This document shows positions 55,439 through 64,000 of a stretch of DNA of 64,000 nt, one piece after another; positions within the stretch are counted from its first letter, which is position 1; every line of letters starts with the position of its first letter. A program made the translations under genes and the position numbers. The stretch is from an uncultured Planctomycetales bacterium (GTDB taxonomy: Bacteria > Omnitrophota > Gorgyraeia > Zapsychrales > JBDRMG01): the NCBI GenBank assembly GCA_964478715.1, contig CAYZIY010000001.1, positions 213,196 through 277,195 on the forward strand, given 5' to 3'. Under the pieces are notes generated by a model. The model searched no databases and was not told where the DNA came from. It saw nothing but the letters and a program-made list of their open reading frames with translations.

Positions 55439-56491
55439 ATGAGCTGGTTTCGATTAAAAATGCCTTCGGTTTATCAGGTGGAGGCGCGCGGTAGCTTTCG
55501 GATCAATGAGCGCTTTCCGTTGATTTGGCATCTAAAAGACAGTTCCGTTGGCTCAACGGCGCTCGTGCGCAACTTAAGCGCCACCGGGATGATGCTTGAG
55601 GCGGATATTCAAAGCCCTCCTCCGGTGGACAGTGTTTTATCTTTCGAAATCAAAGGCGATCATCCCTTGGGCGTGATTCCGCCTTTGGGCCGAATTGTTT
55701 GGAGTAAACCAAAATCCTGTATTTCTTCCCGCTCTTTGTACGGCATTGAATTCATCGAGCCGGTCCAGGACATTTTGTTGCGTCTGCGTGAATTTATTCA
55801 GCAGAAAATTATCCGAATGGAGAATGCAGAAAGGGTAAAAGCAAGGATAGGCATCGTTCTTTTTATTATCTTGACTGCAGTTTTGGCTTTCTGTTTGTTT
55901 CAGCAAAATGCTATTCACCGCAATTATGAAAAATCCTATCATCTAATGACAGCTAGTTCCCAGGCCCAGGCATCGACATATGGCGAATTACGCATGCAAT
56001 ATCAGAATCAGAGGGAAGTTCTTAAGGTAATTTCGATCGATTTAAGCAAATCTCAGGCTCTCTTAGAAGAAACCGAAGTCATGTTGACCTCTGTTCGAAA
56101 GGAAAGCGAGGCCGCTTTGGGCCGGCTCAACAGCGAAATTAATAATTTACATCAAAAGAATTCGGCTTTATCCGATCAGTTGGAAGAAGCGCAAGGTCAA
56201 CTGGCTGTGTATGAGGTTAACCCCGACAATTTGGATGAAGCTAAGGCCATTCTTTCTTTTCATCAAGCAATGATTGCCAAGATAAAAAGAAAGATCAATA
56301 ATCTAAGACAGCAGGCTCGCATGGCTTATGTGAAGGTCCAGAAAAAGAGAGACGAATACGCTTTAGCCATGGGAAATAATGGTTTTATTATCAAAAACGG
56401 AAAGCCTGTTCCCCCATATCAGTCTGAATATTACTCCCGCATGAAGCGGTCTTCCCCTGAGATCGAAATCGACGTAACGCTGGTGGAATAA
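55439..56491 (+). CDS. PilZ-domain protein with TM helix and long C-terminal coiled-coil
   Basis: The N-terminal PilZ-like motifs are an RxxxR region (EARGSFRINER) and NLSATG (D/NxSxxG). A TM helix (IVLFIILTAVLAFCLF) is followed by heptad-rich sequence. Confidence 0.55.
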   Translation: MSWFRLKMPSVYQVEARGSFRINERFPLIWHLKDSSVGSTALVRNLSATGMMLEADIQSPPPVDSVLSFEIKGDHPLGVIPPLGRIVWSKPKSCISSRSLYGIEFIEPVQDILLRLREFIQQKIIRMENAERVKARIGIVLFIILTAVLAFCLFQQNAIHRNYEKSYHLMTASSQAQASTYGELRMQYQNQREVLKVISIDLSKSQALLEETEVMLTSVRKESEAALGRLNSEINNLHQKNSALSDQLEEAQGQLAVYEVNPDNLDEAKAILSFHQAMIAKIKRKINNLRQQARMAYVKVQKKRDEYALAMGNNGFIIKNGKPVPPYQSEYYSRMKRSSPEIEIDVTLVE

Positions 56492-56570
56492 AAATCCAAA
56501 AAATTGTCGGTTTGGATAATTTAGGCAATATTTTCTTGTTTGCCCGATGAGTCCTTTGTAAAATGAGAAG

Positions 56571-57077
56571 ATGAAAAACTATTGGATTATTCTTCTTTTA
56601 ATCTTTATTCTGGTTTCCTGCCAGCATCCACCCCCAAAGACATCGTTCATGGGCGAAAAACCTTCAACCTTCGATCAGCTCACCGGTATTATTATTACCC
56701 AGCTTGAGGATTTTCGCCGTCAACATGGTTATTATGCCCCTCAAGAAGGCATTTTGCGCTTTCGGGCTATTGGATTGAATGCCAAAGAATGGGAAGATGT
56801 GGCCTATGAGGGAATTATTTATGATCCGCGCGGAAGTCAGATACGGCTTTTTCCGGCTAAAGGATACACCATTTTTATTAAAGATAAAAACGATCGCATG
56901 AGGATTGTCTCCCACAATCTATGGTGGAATATTATTTATGATCTCAAAAGCCAGGCGTGGTATTTGGAGCGTATTCATCCCGATGATAGGCTCAAAATTG
57001 AAACGTTAACTATAAAAAAAGATACGTCTTATCGGTCTGAGGATTATCTGGAACAATTGAGTAATGAGTCCAAATAA
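56571..57077 (+). CDS. Lipoprotein, unknown function
   Basis: The signal peptide with lipobox reads LILVSC. Confidence 0.45.
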   Translation: MKNYWIILLLIFILVSCQHPPPKTSFMGEKPSTFDQLTGIIITQLEDFRRQHGYYAPQEGILRFRAIGLNAKEWEDVAYEGIIYDPRGSQIRLFPAKGYTIFIKDKNDRMRIVSHNLWWNIIYDLKSQAWYLERIHPDDRLKIETLTIKKDTSYRSEDYLEQLSNESK

Positions 57078-57825
57078 AGAAATATCCAGTCTTGATAGAG
57101 CTATCATTCCCATTTCTTATGAATTGAAACTTACTCGCCGGTGTTCAACGATGGAGATTCGGGTGAATTCTCGGGGTGCAGTTAAGGTTCTGGCGCCGTA
57201 CTGGTGCCGCAAAAAAGAGATTAAGGATTTTATCCATTCCAGGTCTCAGTGGATCCTGCGGCAAGTCGATCATATGAAAAGAGAAAACGGAGGGATCATC
57301 AACTGCCTTTTGCATCCGGGAGCTCATCTATTTTTTCTGGGTTCTCGTTATCCGCTTGTGGTTGAAAAGGGCGAGGGAAGAAAAACCTATGTCGAATTTG
57401 ATGGAGCCCGCTGGGTGATACGCCTTTGTAACGGAATCTCTGATTCCAGAAAAAGAAATGAGCTTAAAAAGGGACTCAAGAAATGGTTTAAGGATCAGGC
57501 CGAAGAACTTTTAGGCGGGCGTGTTTTTCAGCTCTCCCGTCGGATGGGCGTGCTTCCCAAGCGGGTCAGTATTCGGCAACAAAAGAGTATCTGGGGAAGC
57601 TGTAATGCACATTTGCAGTCCTTAAATCTAAACTGGAAAATTATCATGGCCCCTTTTGAGGTTATTGATTATTTAATTATTCACGAATTATGCCACTTAC
57701 GCATTCCCAATCATTCCCAAAGATTCTGGCAGGAAATTAAAAGCTTTGCCCCCGATTATCAAAAGCAGCAGAAGTGGCTTAAGGACCATTCCCGCGAATT
57801 GGCCCTTTTAGACGATCCCTCATGA
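57064..57825 (+). CDS. YgjP/DUF45-type zinc metallopeptidase (M48-like, HExxH)
   Basis: The motif IIHELCHL is present at the characteristic C-terminal position. Confidence 0.7.
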   Translation: MSPNKEISSLDRAIIPISYELKLTRRCSTMEIRVNSRGAVKVLAPYWCRKKEIKDFIHSRSQWILRQVDHMKRENGGIINCLLHPGAHLFFLGSRYPLVVEKGEGRKTYVEFDGARWVIRLCNGISDSRKRNELKKGLKKWFKDQAEELLGGRVFQLSRRMGVLPKRVSIRQQKSIWGSCNAHLQSLNLNWKIIMAPFEVIDYLIIHELCHLRIPNHSQRFWQEIKSFAPDYQKQQKWLKDHSRELALLDDPS

Positions 57826-58043
57826 TCACGATTTCTGTAAAAGTTATTCCTCACGCCAAAAGGAATCTTATCAAAAAAGAAGGGGATTTCTTTAAGATTT
57901 ATCTCAATGCGCCGGCCATAGAAGGCAAGGCCAATCAGGCATTGATCCGCTTTCTCGCCCAACATTATAGAGTCGCCAAAAGCGCTGTGGTTATTACAAA
58001 AGGATTGAAATCGCGCTTTAAAACAGTTATGATAAAAAAATAA
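57822..58043 (+). CDS. DUF167 (YggU/UPF0235) family protein
   Basis: The 73-aa ORF (ISVKVIPHAKRN...YLNAPAIEGKANQALIRFLA) matches the YggU pattern. It overlaps the upstream gene by 4 bp. Confidence 0.65.
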   Translation: MITISVKVIPHAKRNLIKKEGDFFKIYLNAPAIEGKANQALIRFLAQHYRVAKSAVVITKGLKSRFKTVMIKK

Positions 58044-58067
58044 TATTTTTCCAAAATGGAGGTTGCT

Positions 58068-58517
58068 ATGTTAGTTCAAAAAATTACCGACGATTACAAA
58101 CAGGCTATGAAAGACAGGAACGCTCTGAAATCTTCGACATTGAGTTTTTTAAGGGCCCAGATCAAGAATTTTCAGATTCAGCAGAAAAATGATCAGGTCA
58201 ATGATGCGGATGTTCTTTCTCTTATCAAAAGACAGGTCAAGCAGCGCGTTGACTCCATCGATCAGTTTGAAAAAGGCGGACGCAATGATCTCGTTGAGAA
58301 AGAAAAAGCAGAACTCAGAATTTTAAAATCCTATCTTCCCGAAGAGTTCACTGATGAAGAGCTGGAAAATATTGTTCGAGAGGCCATTAGTGAATCCCTG
58401 GCTTCTTCGATCAAAGATATGGGGAAAGCGATGAAGCATGCCGTCATGAAGGCTGCCGGACGGGCTGACGGTAAACGAATTAGTGAATGCGTTAAAGGAA
58501 TGTTGTCTCAAATGTGA
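58068..58517 (+). CDS. GatB/YqeY-domain protein
   Basis: The sequence ITDDYKQAMKDRNALKSSTLSFLRAQIKN is YqeY-like. The start is taken at the ATG 6 nt after GGAGG. Confidence 0.7.
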   Translation: MLVQKITDDYKQAMKDRNALKSSTLSFLRAQIKNFQIQQKNDQVNDADVLSLIKRQVKQRVDSIDQFEKGGRNDLVEKEKAELRILKSYLPEEFTDEELENIVREAISESLASSIKDMGKAMKHAVMKAAGRADGKRISECVKGMLSQM

Positions 58518-59311
58518 TTCAAGAGTTGCCGTTTATGAGTAAAAAAATATTTCTTAGAGCTTTCTATTTGCTGATTATTTGCTGCGGATTATTTTTTATT
58601 TGGCTTTCCGATCAGTATGTTGTTCCCATTATCATGTATCACAGCGTCGCAAAAGTCCGGCCGAAGACAGCCAATATCATTGATCCTGTGCGTTTTTCCT
58701 GGCAGATGGATTTTCTTAAAAAAAACGGTTATGAAGTCATCAGTTTGGCTGAGCTTGTTGAGGCCAAGAGCGCCGGAATACCTCTATCCCGCCGCAGTGT
58801 CGTTCTGACTTTTGATGATGGATACGAAGATAATTACATCCGGGCCTATGAAATTCTCAAAGAGAAGGGATTCCCCGCTATTATCTTTGTAGGCGCTAGC
58901 CAAGTCGGCGATCCGGCATATCTCAGCTGGCGCCAGATTAAAGAGATGGAAGAGTTTGATGTAACGGTGGGAAGCCATACGCTCAACCAAGCCTATTTGC
59001 CGGACTTATCGCCAAGAGAAGCTTTTGCCCAAATTCGATTCAGCAAAAACATTCTGGAAGAAAAGCTGAATCATCCGGTTGATTTTCTTTCTTATCCGAC
59101 CGGCGGTTTCAGTGAGCAAATCAAAGACATGGTAAAATCTAGCGGATATTTGGCTGCCTGCACGACTAATCGCGGAGAGGATGACCTTAACCGCGATCTC
59201 TATGAGCTTAAGAGAATTCGTTTTAGCAATAAGGATAATAATCCAGTGATTCTCTGGGCCAAACTTTCCGGTTACTACAATTTTTTCCGTAAAGATAAAC
59301 AGCCCTATTGA
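58514..59311 (+). CDS. Polysaccharide deacetylase (CE4/NodB-homology) with N-terminal TM
   Basis: NodB motifs are VVLTFDDGYEDNY and HT. Confidence 0.8.
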   Translation: MIQELPFMSKKIFLRAFYLLIICCGLFFIWLSDQYVVPIIMYHSVAKVRPKTANIIDPVRFSWQMDFLKKNGYEVISLAELVEAKSAGIPLSRRSVVLTFDDGYEDNYIRAYEILKEKGFPAIIFVGASQVGDPAYLSWRQIKEMEEFDVTVGSHTLNQAYLPDLSPREAFAQIRFSKNILEEKLNHPVDFLSYPTGGFSEQIKDMVKSSGYLAACTTNRGEDDLNRDLYELKRIRFSNKDNNPVILWAKLSGYYNFFRKDKQPY

Positions 59312-59350
59312 CGTTTTTGAAATTTTTCGCTATGATAAAATTTCATTTAA

Positions 59351-62300
59351 ATGAACAGCCTTATGCCTCAAGCACATAGAAACACATCAGCATCCGAATA
59401 CGCCTTAAATGAAAAAGGCGCTTTTCTGATTCACAATTACAATAAATCTAACGCTTTTTGTAACTTTTTCCCTGGAGTGGCCGGTTTATGGGGGATTCCC
59501 ATGTGGGTATTTTATGTCAATCGAGGTCAGTGTATCTCAAGTTTCGGGGTGGAGAGCAAGGACAAGGCTATTATGGAGTTTCAGCCGGCCGATAAAGCCT
59601 ATCGCATGACATCTCATCAGGGTTTTCGTACATTTATGAAAGTCAGCAGAGATCGCAAAGTTTTTTTTTATGAGCCATTTGCCGAAACGATCGCCAATAA
59701 CCAGTTTGTGCGTAGTCAGGAAATGGCGATTACATCCCATGATTTGACGATTGAGGAAATTAATGAAACTCTGGGCCTCAAGGTCCGGGTGAATTATTTT
59801 ACTGTTCCCTCTGAAAATTTTGCCTCTCTCGTACGGGATATTACAATCACCAATCTATCAAGCAAACATTGTTATCTTGATTTGGTCGACGGCATGCCGG
59901 TCATTGTTCCTTTTGGCGTCAACCATCAGCTTCAGAAAGATATTTCGCGTACCGTTCAAGCGTGGAATCAGGTGAATAATTTCAAAGCAAAAGCGCCGAT
60001 TTATAATCTTAAAGTGAAGATTGCCGATCGTCCGGAAGTAGAGACCATTGAAGGAGGACATTTCTTTTTCAGTCTCATGCACAACGGATACAAACCTAAG
60101 CCCCTCTCTGTGGTCATTGATCCGGTTTGTGTTTTTGGTAGCCATTTGGATTACAATATTCCAGACCTTTTTCTGAAACAAAAGAAATTTAATGTTCCCC
60201 GCCGGCAAATGTCGAGCAATCGTTCTGTTAGCGCCATGAGTCATGCTTTTTTGGATTTGCCCGCAAAAGGGGATCAGAGAATAACATCTTTCTTTGGCCA
60301 TACTCATAATATTGATGAGATTAGTCAAATATTAGCTAAAACGAGGAAGAAAGATTATATTGCCAAGAAATCTGAGGAGAACGAGCGAATTATCAAGGAT
60401 ATTAAGAATTATTGCCTAACCAACAGCTCATCGAAGGCCTTGAATCATTATTGCGGTCAGACATTTCTTGATAATGTTTTGCGTGGTGGGCTGCCTCAGT
60501 GTATTGAAGCCGATGACGGACGGATTGTTTTTAATGTGTATAGTCGTAAACACGGCGATCTGGAGAGGGATTATAATTATTTTGTGCTGGCTCCAACCTA
60601 TCTATCCCAGGGAAACGGAAATTACCGGGATGTGAATCAAAACAGGCGCAATGATGTGTGGTTTGATACGCGGGTGAGAGAAAGCCATATCTTGCAGTTT
60701 CTTAATCTTCTTCAGGCCGACGGATACAATCCTTTGGTTGTCCAGGGGACAGCTTTTTCGATCGATAGTACGCATAAAATCGAACAATTTGTTAATGAGT
60801 TCGGGCAGGGGCGAGGCAAGACGCACCTGAAAAAACTGTTGTCAAAGAAATTCCAGCCCGGACAGTTATTAAAAACTATCGAAGAAGAGAAAATCAAACT
60901 CAAGGTTCCAGGAGACGAATTTCTTAAGAGAATTCTCAGACATTGTCAAAAGCATGATGTCGCTCGGCATGGAGAAGGATTTTGGAGCGATCATTGGACG
61001 TACTGTCTGGATCTTCTAGAGCGTTATTTCGCGCTTTATCCGGAAGATAAGAAAAAGCTATTTCTCGAGCAGAATCAATTCAAGTTTTTTTATAACAGGT
61101 ATCATATCTTACCGCTTGACCAGAGATTCGTTCTTACTCCGCGCGGTGTGCGTCAATACCATTCCGTTAAGAAGCTGCCTCGCGAGATGCTCCCGCCTCA
61201 GTACGATGGACAGCTTAGGGCAAAGGAAGGGAAGGGAGATGTTTATTTTACAAACCTTTTTGTCAAATTATTGTGTACTATTGTCAATAAAGCGGCTACG
61301 TTTGATCCCAGCGGTGTGGGTATAGAAATGGAAGGCGGCAAGCCCAATTGGTATGATGCTCTTAACGGGCTCCCTGGCTTGATGGGGTCTTCTCTCAATG
61401 AAACGCTCGAATTAAAACGCTGGTGTCTCTTTGTCCGTCGAGTTATTGAAGACTTGGATCTTAAAGACCACCAAGAGTTGTATGTATTTGAAGAGCTTTG
61501 TAGTTTGATGTCAGCCTTGCATGATCTTTTGGCAACGCAACAGGATGATTTGTCTTACTGGCGGCGTTCTAATGAAGTTAAAGAACACTACCGGCGCCGT
61601 ATTCTCGAGGGAATTGACGGACACGAGAAGGCCGTCCCGATCTCTTCGATCGATAAATTCCTGGAACGGGTGATCTGTAAGTGTGATTGCGCTCTTGAAA
61701 AGGCCAAAGATAGCCACGGACTTTTAAGAACTTATTTTACGCATGAAGTAACACAATACGATGAGTTGGAACGAACAGGATTCGATGGATGCCCTTTGGT
61801 TCATCCTCTGAATTTCAAGATGAGGGCTTTGCCGCTTTTCTTGGAAGGTTTTGTCCATGCCATGCGTGTTCAGAAAGATCAAATCCGAGCCAGGGCTTTG
61901 TATCAAAAGGTAAGAGGGAGCCGTCTTTTTGATAAAAAATTAAAGATGTATCGTTGCAATGACGACCTTTCGGGCGAGAGTCCTGAAATAGGCCGCTGTC
62001 ATGTGTTTCCGCCGGGTTGGTTGGAGAATCAGTCAATCTGGCAACACATGCAGAAGAAGTTTCTTTTGGAATTGTTGCGCTATGGCTTATACGAAGAATT
62101 TTTTAATAATATGAAAAAGACATTGATTCCGTTTTTAAACCCCAAAAGATATGGGCGCAGTATTTTGGAGAATTCTTCATTTATTGTTAGTTCAGCACAT
62201 GAAGATGTTAAACTGCATGGAAAAGGTTTCGTGGCGCGCTTAAGCGGGACCACAGCGGAATGGCTTCATATCTGGCTGATCTTGAATGCGGGAGAAACTC

Positions 62301-62659
62301 CTTTTGCGATAGATCAGAAGGGGAGTCTCGAATTGTGCTTCAAACCGATACTACCCGGTTGGATGTTTACAAAACGCGAATCTGTGATCGAACGATTCGA
62401 CAGAAATCATGTATATAAAAAGATGGTGATGCCCAAAAATACTTATGCGTTTCATTTTTTAGGAACTACTCTTGTGGTTTATCATAATCCTCGTCGGCGC
62501 GATACTTTCGGCAAGAATAAGGCTTCGATAGAGAGAATCCTCATTTCCTATCCGGATCATCGGGATCCTATCCATATATCCGGAAACTGTGTTCCCTCCC
62601 AATATGCGCTCGATATCAGAAATAACAAAGTCAATCGCATCGACGTTTACATGAAATAG
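59351..62659 (+). CDS. Large conserved hypothetical protein (1102 aa); possibly an (alpha/alpha)6 glycoside hydrolase/phosphorylase-like fold
   Basis: No signal peptide is present. A weak resemblance to GH94-like NWYDALNGLPG was noted. There is no secure domain call. Confidence 0.4.
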   Translation: MNSLMPQAHRNTSASEYALNEKGAFLIHNYNKSNAFCNFFPGVAGLWGIPMWVFYVNRGQCISSFGVESKDKAIMEFQPADKAYRMTSHQGFRTFMKVSRDRKVFFYEPFAETIANNQFVRSQEMAITSHDLTIEEINETLGLKVRVNYFTVPSENFASLVRDITITNLSSKHCYLDLVDGMPVIVPFGVNHQLQKDISRTVQAWNQVNNFKAKAPIYNLKVKIADRPEVETIEGGHFFFSLMHNGYKPKPLSVVIDPVCVFGSHLDYNIPDLFLKQKKFNVPRRQMSSNRSVSAMSHAFLDLPAKGDQRITSFFGHTHNIDEISQILAKTRKKDYIAKKSEENERIIKDIKNYCLTNSSSKALNHYCGQTFLDNVLRGGLPQCIEADDGRIVFNVYSRKHGDLERDYNYFVLAPTYLSQGNGNYRDVNQNRRNDVWFDTRVRESHILQFLNLLQADGYNPLVVQGTAFSIDSTHKIEQFVNEFGQGRGKTHLKKLLSKKFQPGQLLKTIEEEKIKLKVPGDEFLKRILRHCQKHDVARHGEGFWSDHWTYCLDLLERYFALYPEDKKKLFLEQNQFKFFYNRYHILPLDQRFVLTPRGVRQYHSVKKLPREMLPPQYDGQLRAKEGKGDVYFTNLFVKLLCTIVNKAATFDPSGVGIEMEGGKPNWYDALNGLPGLMGSSLNETLELKRWCLFVRRVIEDLDLKDHQELYVFEELCSLMSALHDLLATQQDDLSYWRRSNEVKEHYRRRILEGIDGHEKAVPISSIDKFLERVICKCDCALEKAKDSHGLLRTYFTHEVTQYDELERTGFDGCPLVHPLNFKMRALPLFLEGFVHAMRVQKDQIRARALYQKVRGSRLFDKKLKMYRCNDDLSGESPEIGRCHVFPPGWLENQSIWQHMQKKFLLELLRYGLYEEFFNNMKKTLIPFLNPKRYGRSILENSSFIVSSAHEDVKLHGKGFVARLSGTTAEWLHIWLILNAGETPFAIDQKGSLELCFKPILPGWMFTKRESVIERFDRNHVYKKMVMPKNTYAFHFLGTTLVVYHNPRRRDTFGKNKASIERILISYPDHRDPIHISGNCVPSQYALDIRNNKVNRIDVYMK

Positions 62660-62668
62660 ATTCAGAAA

Positions 62669-63805
62669 TTATAAAGCGGCAAGGACTTCTTTGGCGGCAC
62701 GCTCAAGGGCACCTTGGTCTCCGAGAATATGCTTGATTTTTTCAAGAGCAACTTTCATCTCAGAGGATCGCTTTTCGGTGAGAATTTTCGATATTTCCAG
62801 GGCAATTGAGGTGGATGTGGCCTCAAACTGGATGCATTCCGGAACAATCTTCTTCCCCGCTACAACATTGACCAGACCAATATAAGGGATCTTGATAAAC
62901 AATTTCGCTAGGATCCAGGTGAGAAGAGATGTTTTATAAACAATCACCATGGGTTTTTTTAAAATGGCAGTCTCCAGCGTTGCGGTTCCCGAGGCGACGA
63001 TGCAAACATTGCAGGCGTTGATTCCTTCATAATAATAATCCGAAATAATTTTTAAGGGGATATTTTTATTTTGAATGTAAGGTTCAAAAAACGAAGTATC
63101 CAGAGACAGGGCGCGTAATAATAGAAATTGAGTTTGAGGGTATTGACGATGAATGATTTCGGCCGAGTTCAGCATCACCGGAAGCAATCGTTCGATTTCT
63201 TTCTTCCTGCTGCCGGGCAAAATTCCTATAATTGGTTTTTTATGGTCAAAATTGACAGAAGAAAGCAAATCTTTGCGGTCTTTTTTTAATGTCATCGTGT
63301 CCAAAAGCGGATGCCCGACGCAGGTGGCTTCGATCCCGTGTTTTTGATAAAGATTCTTTTCGAAAGGGAAAAAGACGATTATCTTATCGATGTATTTCTT
63401 GACAATTTCAACTCTGTTTTCTTTCCAGGCCCAGACTTGAGGGCTGATATAATAAATAATCTTAATGTGATGTTTCTTCAATTCTTTGGCCAGGCGCAGG
63501 TTGAAACCGGGGAAGTCTATAAGGATAACAGCATCGACTTTTCGCAGGAGAGCCTCTTGTACGATCAGATGAAAAACTTTTCGGATTTCGAAATAATTTC
63601 GGATGACTTCAGTAAATCCCACAACCGCCAAATCGGCGAGATAATAATCGATATGTACGCCTGCCTCTTCCATCCTTCTGCCGCCGACACCGCTAAATAC
63701 AATTTGCGGATCAAGGGCATGGATGGTCTTGATCAAATGAGCGCCATGCATGTCTCCGGAGGCTTCTCCGGCGACAATCATGAGATGTTTTTGGGATTCT
63801 TGCAT
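62669..63805 (-). CDS. lpxB: Lipid-A-disaccharide synthase
   Basis: The N-terminus reads MIVAGEASGDMHGAHLI. The GT19 fold is recognisable throughout. Confidence 0.9.
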   Translation of the reverse strand: MQESQKHLMIVAGEASGDMHGAHLIKTIHALDPQIVFSGVGGRRMEEAGVHIDYYLADLAVVGFTEVIRNYFEIRKVFHLIVQEALLRKVDAVILIDFPGFNLRLAKELKKHHIKIIYYISPQVWAWKENRVEIVKKYIDKIIVFFPFEKNLYQKHGIEATCVGHPLLDTMTLKKDRKDLLSSVNFDHKKPIIGILPGSRKKEIERLLPVMLNSAEIIHRQYPQTQFLLLRALSLDTSFFEPYIQNKNIPLKIISDYYYEGINACNVCIVASGTATLETAILKKPMVIVYKTSLLTWILAKLFIKIPYIGLVNVVAGKKIVPECIQFEATSTSIALEISKILTEKRSSEMKVALEKIKHILGDQGALERAAKEVLAAL

Positions 63806-64000
63806 ATTTGATCGGTGATCTCAAGGGCCAGCTGAAGAGCCTCTTTTCCCTCTTGGCCGCTGATCAGAGGTTGTTGGTCATTGATAATGCAGTCGATGAA
63901 AGACTCCAGTTCTCTTTTAAGAGGTTGTTCTTTCTCAATGGGCAGAGCATGCTTGGAGATGAGTGTGCCGTGCTTGCGGTACACGTGGGCTTCCTGATTC
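63778..64000 (-). CDS. Gfo/Idh/MocA-family oxidoreductase, C-terminal part (gene continues beyond window)
   Basis: The C-terminal dimerisation-domain-like sequence is ...GQEGKEALQLALEITDQI. The ORF is open to the window edge. Confidence 0.45.
   Translation of the reverse strand, partial: NQEAHVYRKHGTLISKHALPIEKEQPLKRELESFIDCIINDQQPLISGQEGKEALQLALEITDQICKNPKNIS

Noticed and set aside
59351-62659. Calling the 1102-aa protein a GH94 phosphorylase.
   Set aside because: The only support is one loosely similar pentapeptide. It is left as a hypothetical with a flagged, low-confidence hint.
1-64000. Searched for CRISPR arrays, rRNA and tRNA genes.
   Set aside because: No regularly spaced direct repeats with unique spacers and no rRNA-like conserved stretches were found. 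No cloverleaf-compatible 72-90-nt segments were seen in intergenic gaps. The only tandem DNA repeat (42977..43283) is in-frame coding.

Overview
This 64-kb window looks like chromosomal DNA from an uncultivated, anaerobic, diderm bacterium. The diderm call rests on lpxB, an AsmA-like protein, the DUF1302/DUF1329 outer-membrane pair and a CcdA homologue. The proteins resemble those of candidate phyla such as Omnitrophota or Elusimicrobiota, but that placement is a guess. Coding density is about 90%, mostly on the + strand, and I found no rRNA, tRNA or CRISPR array.

Recognisable housekeeping genes include:
- pyruvate:ferredoxin oxidoreductase (1188 aa)
- cobalamin-dependent methionine synthase MetH (1227 aa)
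- class II (B12) ribonucleotide reductase
- desulfoferrodoxin followed by a radical SAM gene
- a PurF-like amidophosphoribosyltransferase
- GH65 phosphorylase with a GT4 glycosyltransferase
- TrmB, a DUF368/PopT-like flippase, LpxB, CcdA and an MMPL exporter with DUF1329/DUF1302 partners
- an EndoQ-like PHP nuclease directly followed by a UvrD-like helicase.

Signalling genes are enriched. There are five stand-alone receiver (REC) proteins and one dual-REC protein. Three of the REC proteins share an unusual Trp-rich insertion of about 40 aa. There is also a PAS-GAF-GGDEF diguanylate cyclase and a PilZ-TM-coiled-coil protein.

The most notable feature is the 590-bp leader on the minus strand upstream of a secreted protein made only of dockerin repeats (50587..51483). 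It holds two tandem GEMM-I-like c-di-GMP riboswitch aptamers. Copy 1 reproduces the Vc2 P1/P2/GNRA/ACGCAAAGCC/UACCGA architecture almost residue for residue. An intrinsic terminator then sits immediately before the RBS. Together with the GGDEF and PilZ genes, this suggests a c-di-GMP-controlled surface or adhesion programme.

Other noteworthy items:
- A type IV pilin-like protein with a non-canonical Ala at -1 carries five tandem CGNGxC cysteine-rich repeats. It is followed by a 937-aa secreted protein with a PilX_N-like N-terminus.
- The AmmeMemoRadiSam system is split. The radical SAM partner is co-operonic with an FMN-binding polyferredoxin membrane protein. A MEMO1-AMMECR1 fusion with a lipoprotein-type signal peptide lies 43 kb away.
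- The PurF-like enzyme has Ser in place of the Ntn Cys nucleophile.
- Tandem NrdR-box-like sites overlap a consensus promoter upstream of the RNR gene.
- There are two candidate leaderless mRNAs.

Non-ORF coordinates were read by hand from the sequence and may be off by 1-2 nt.
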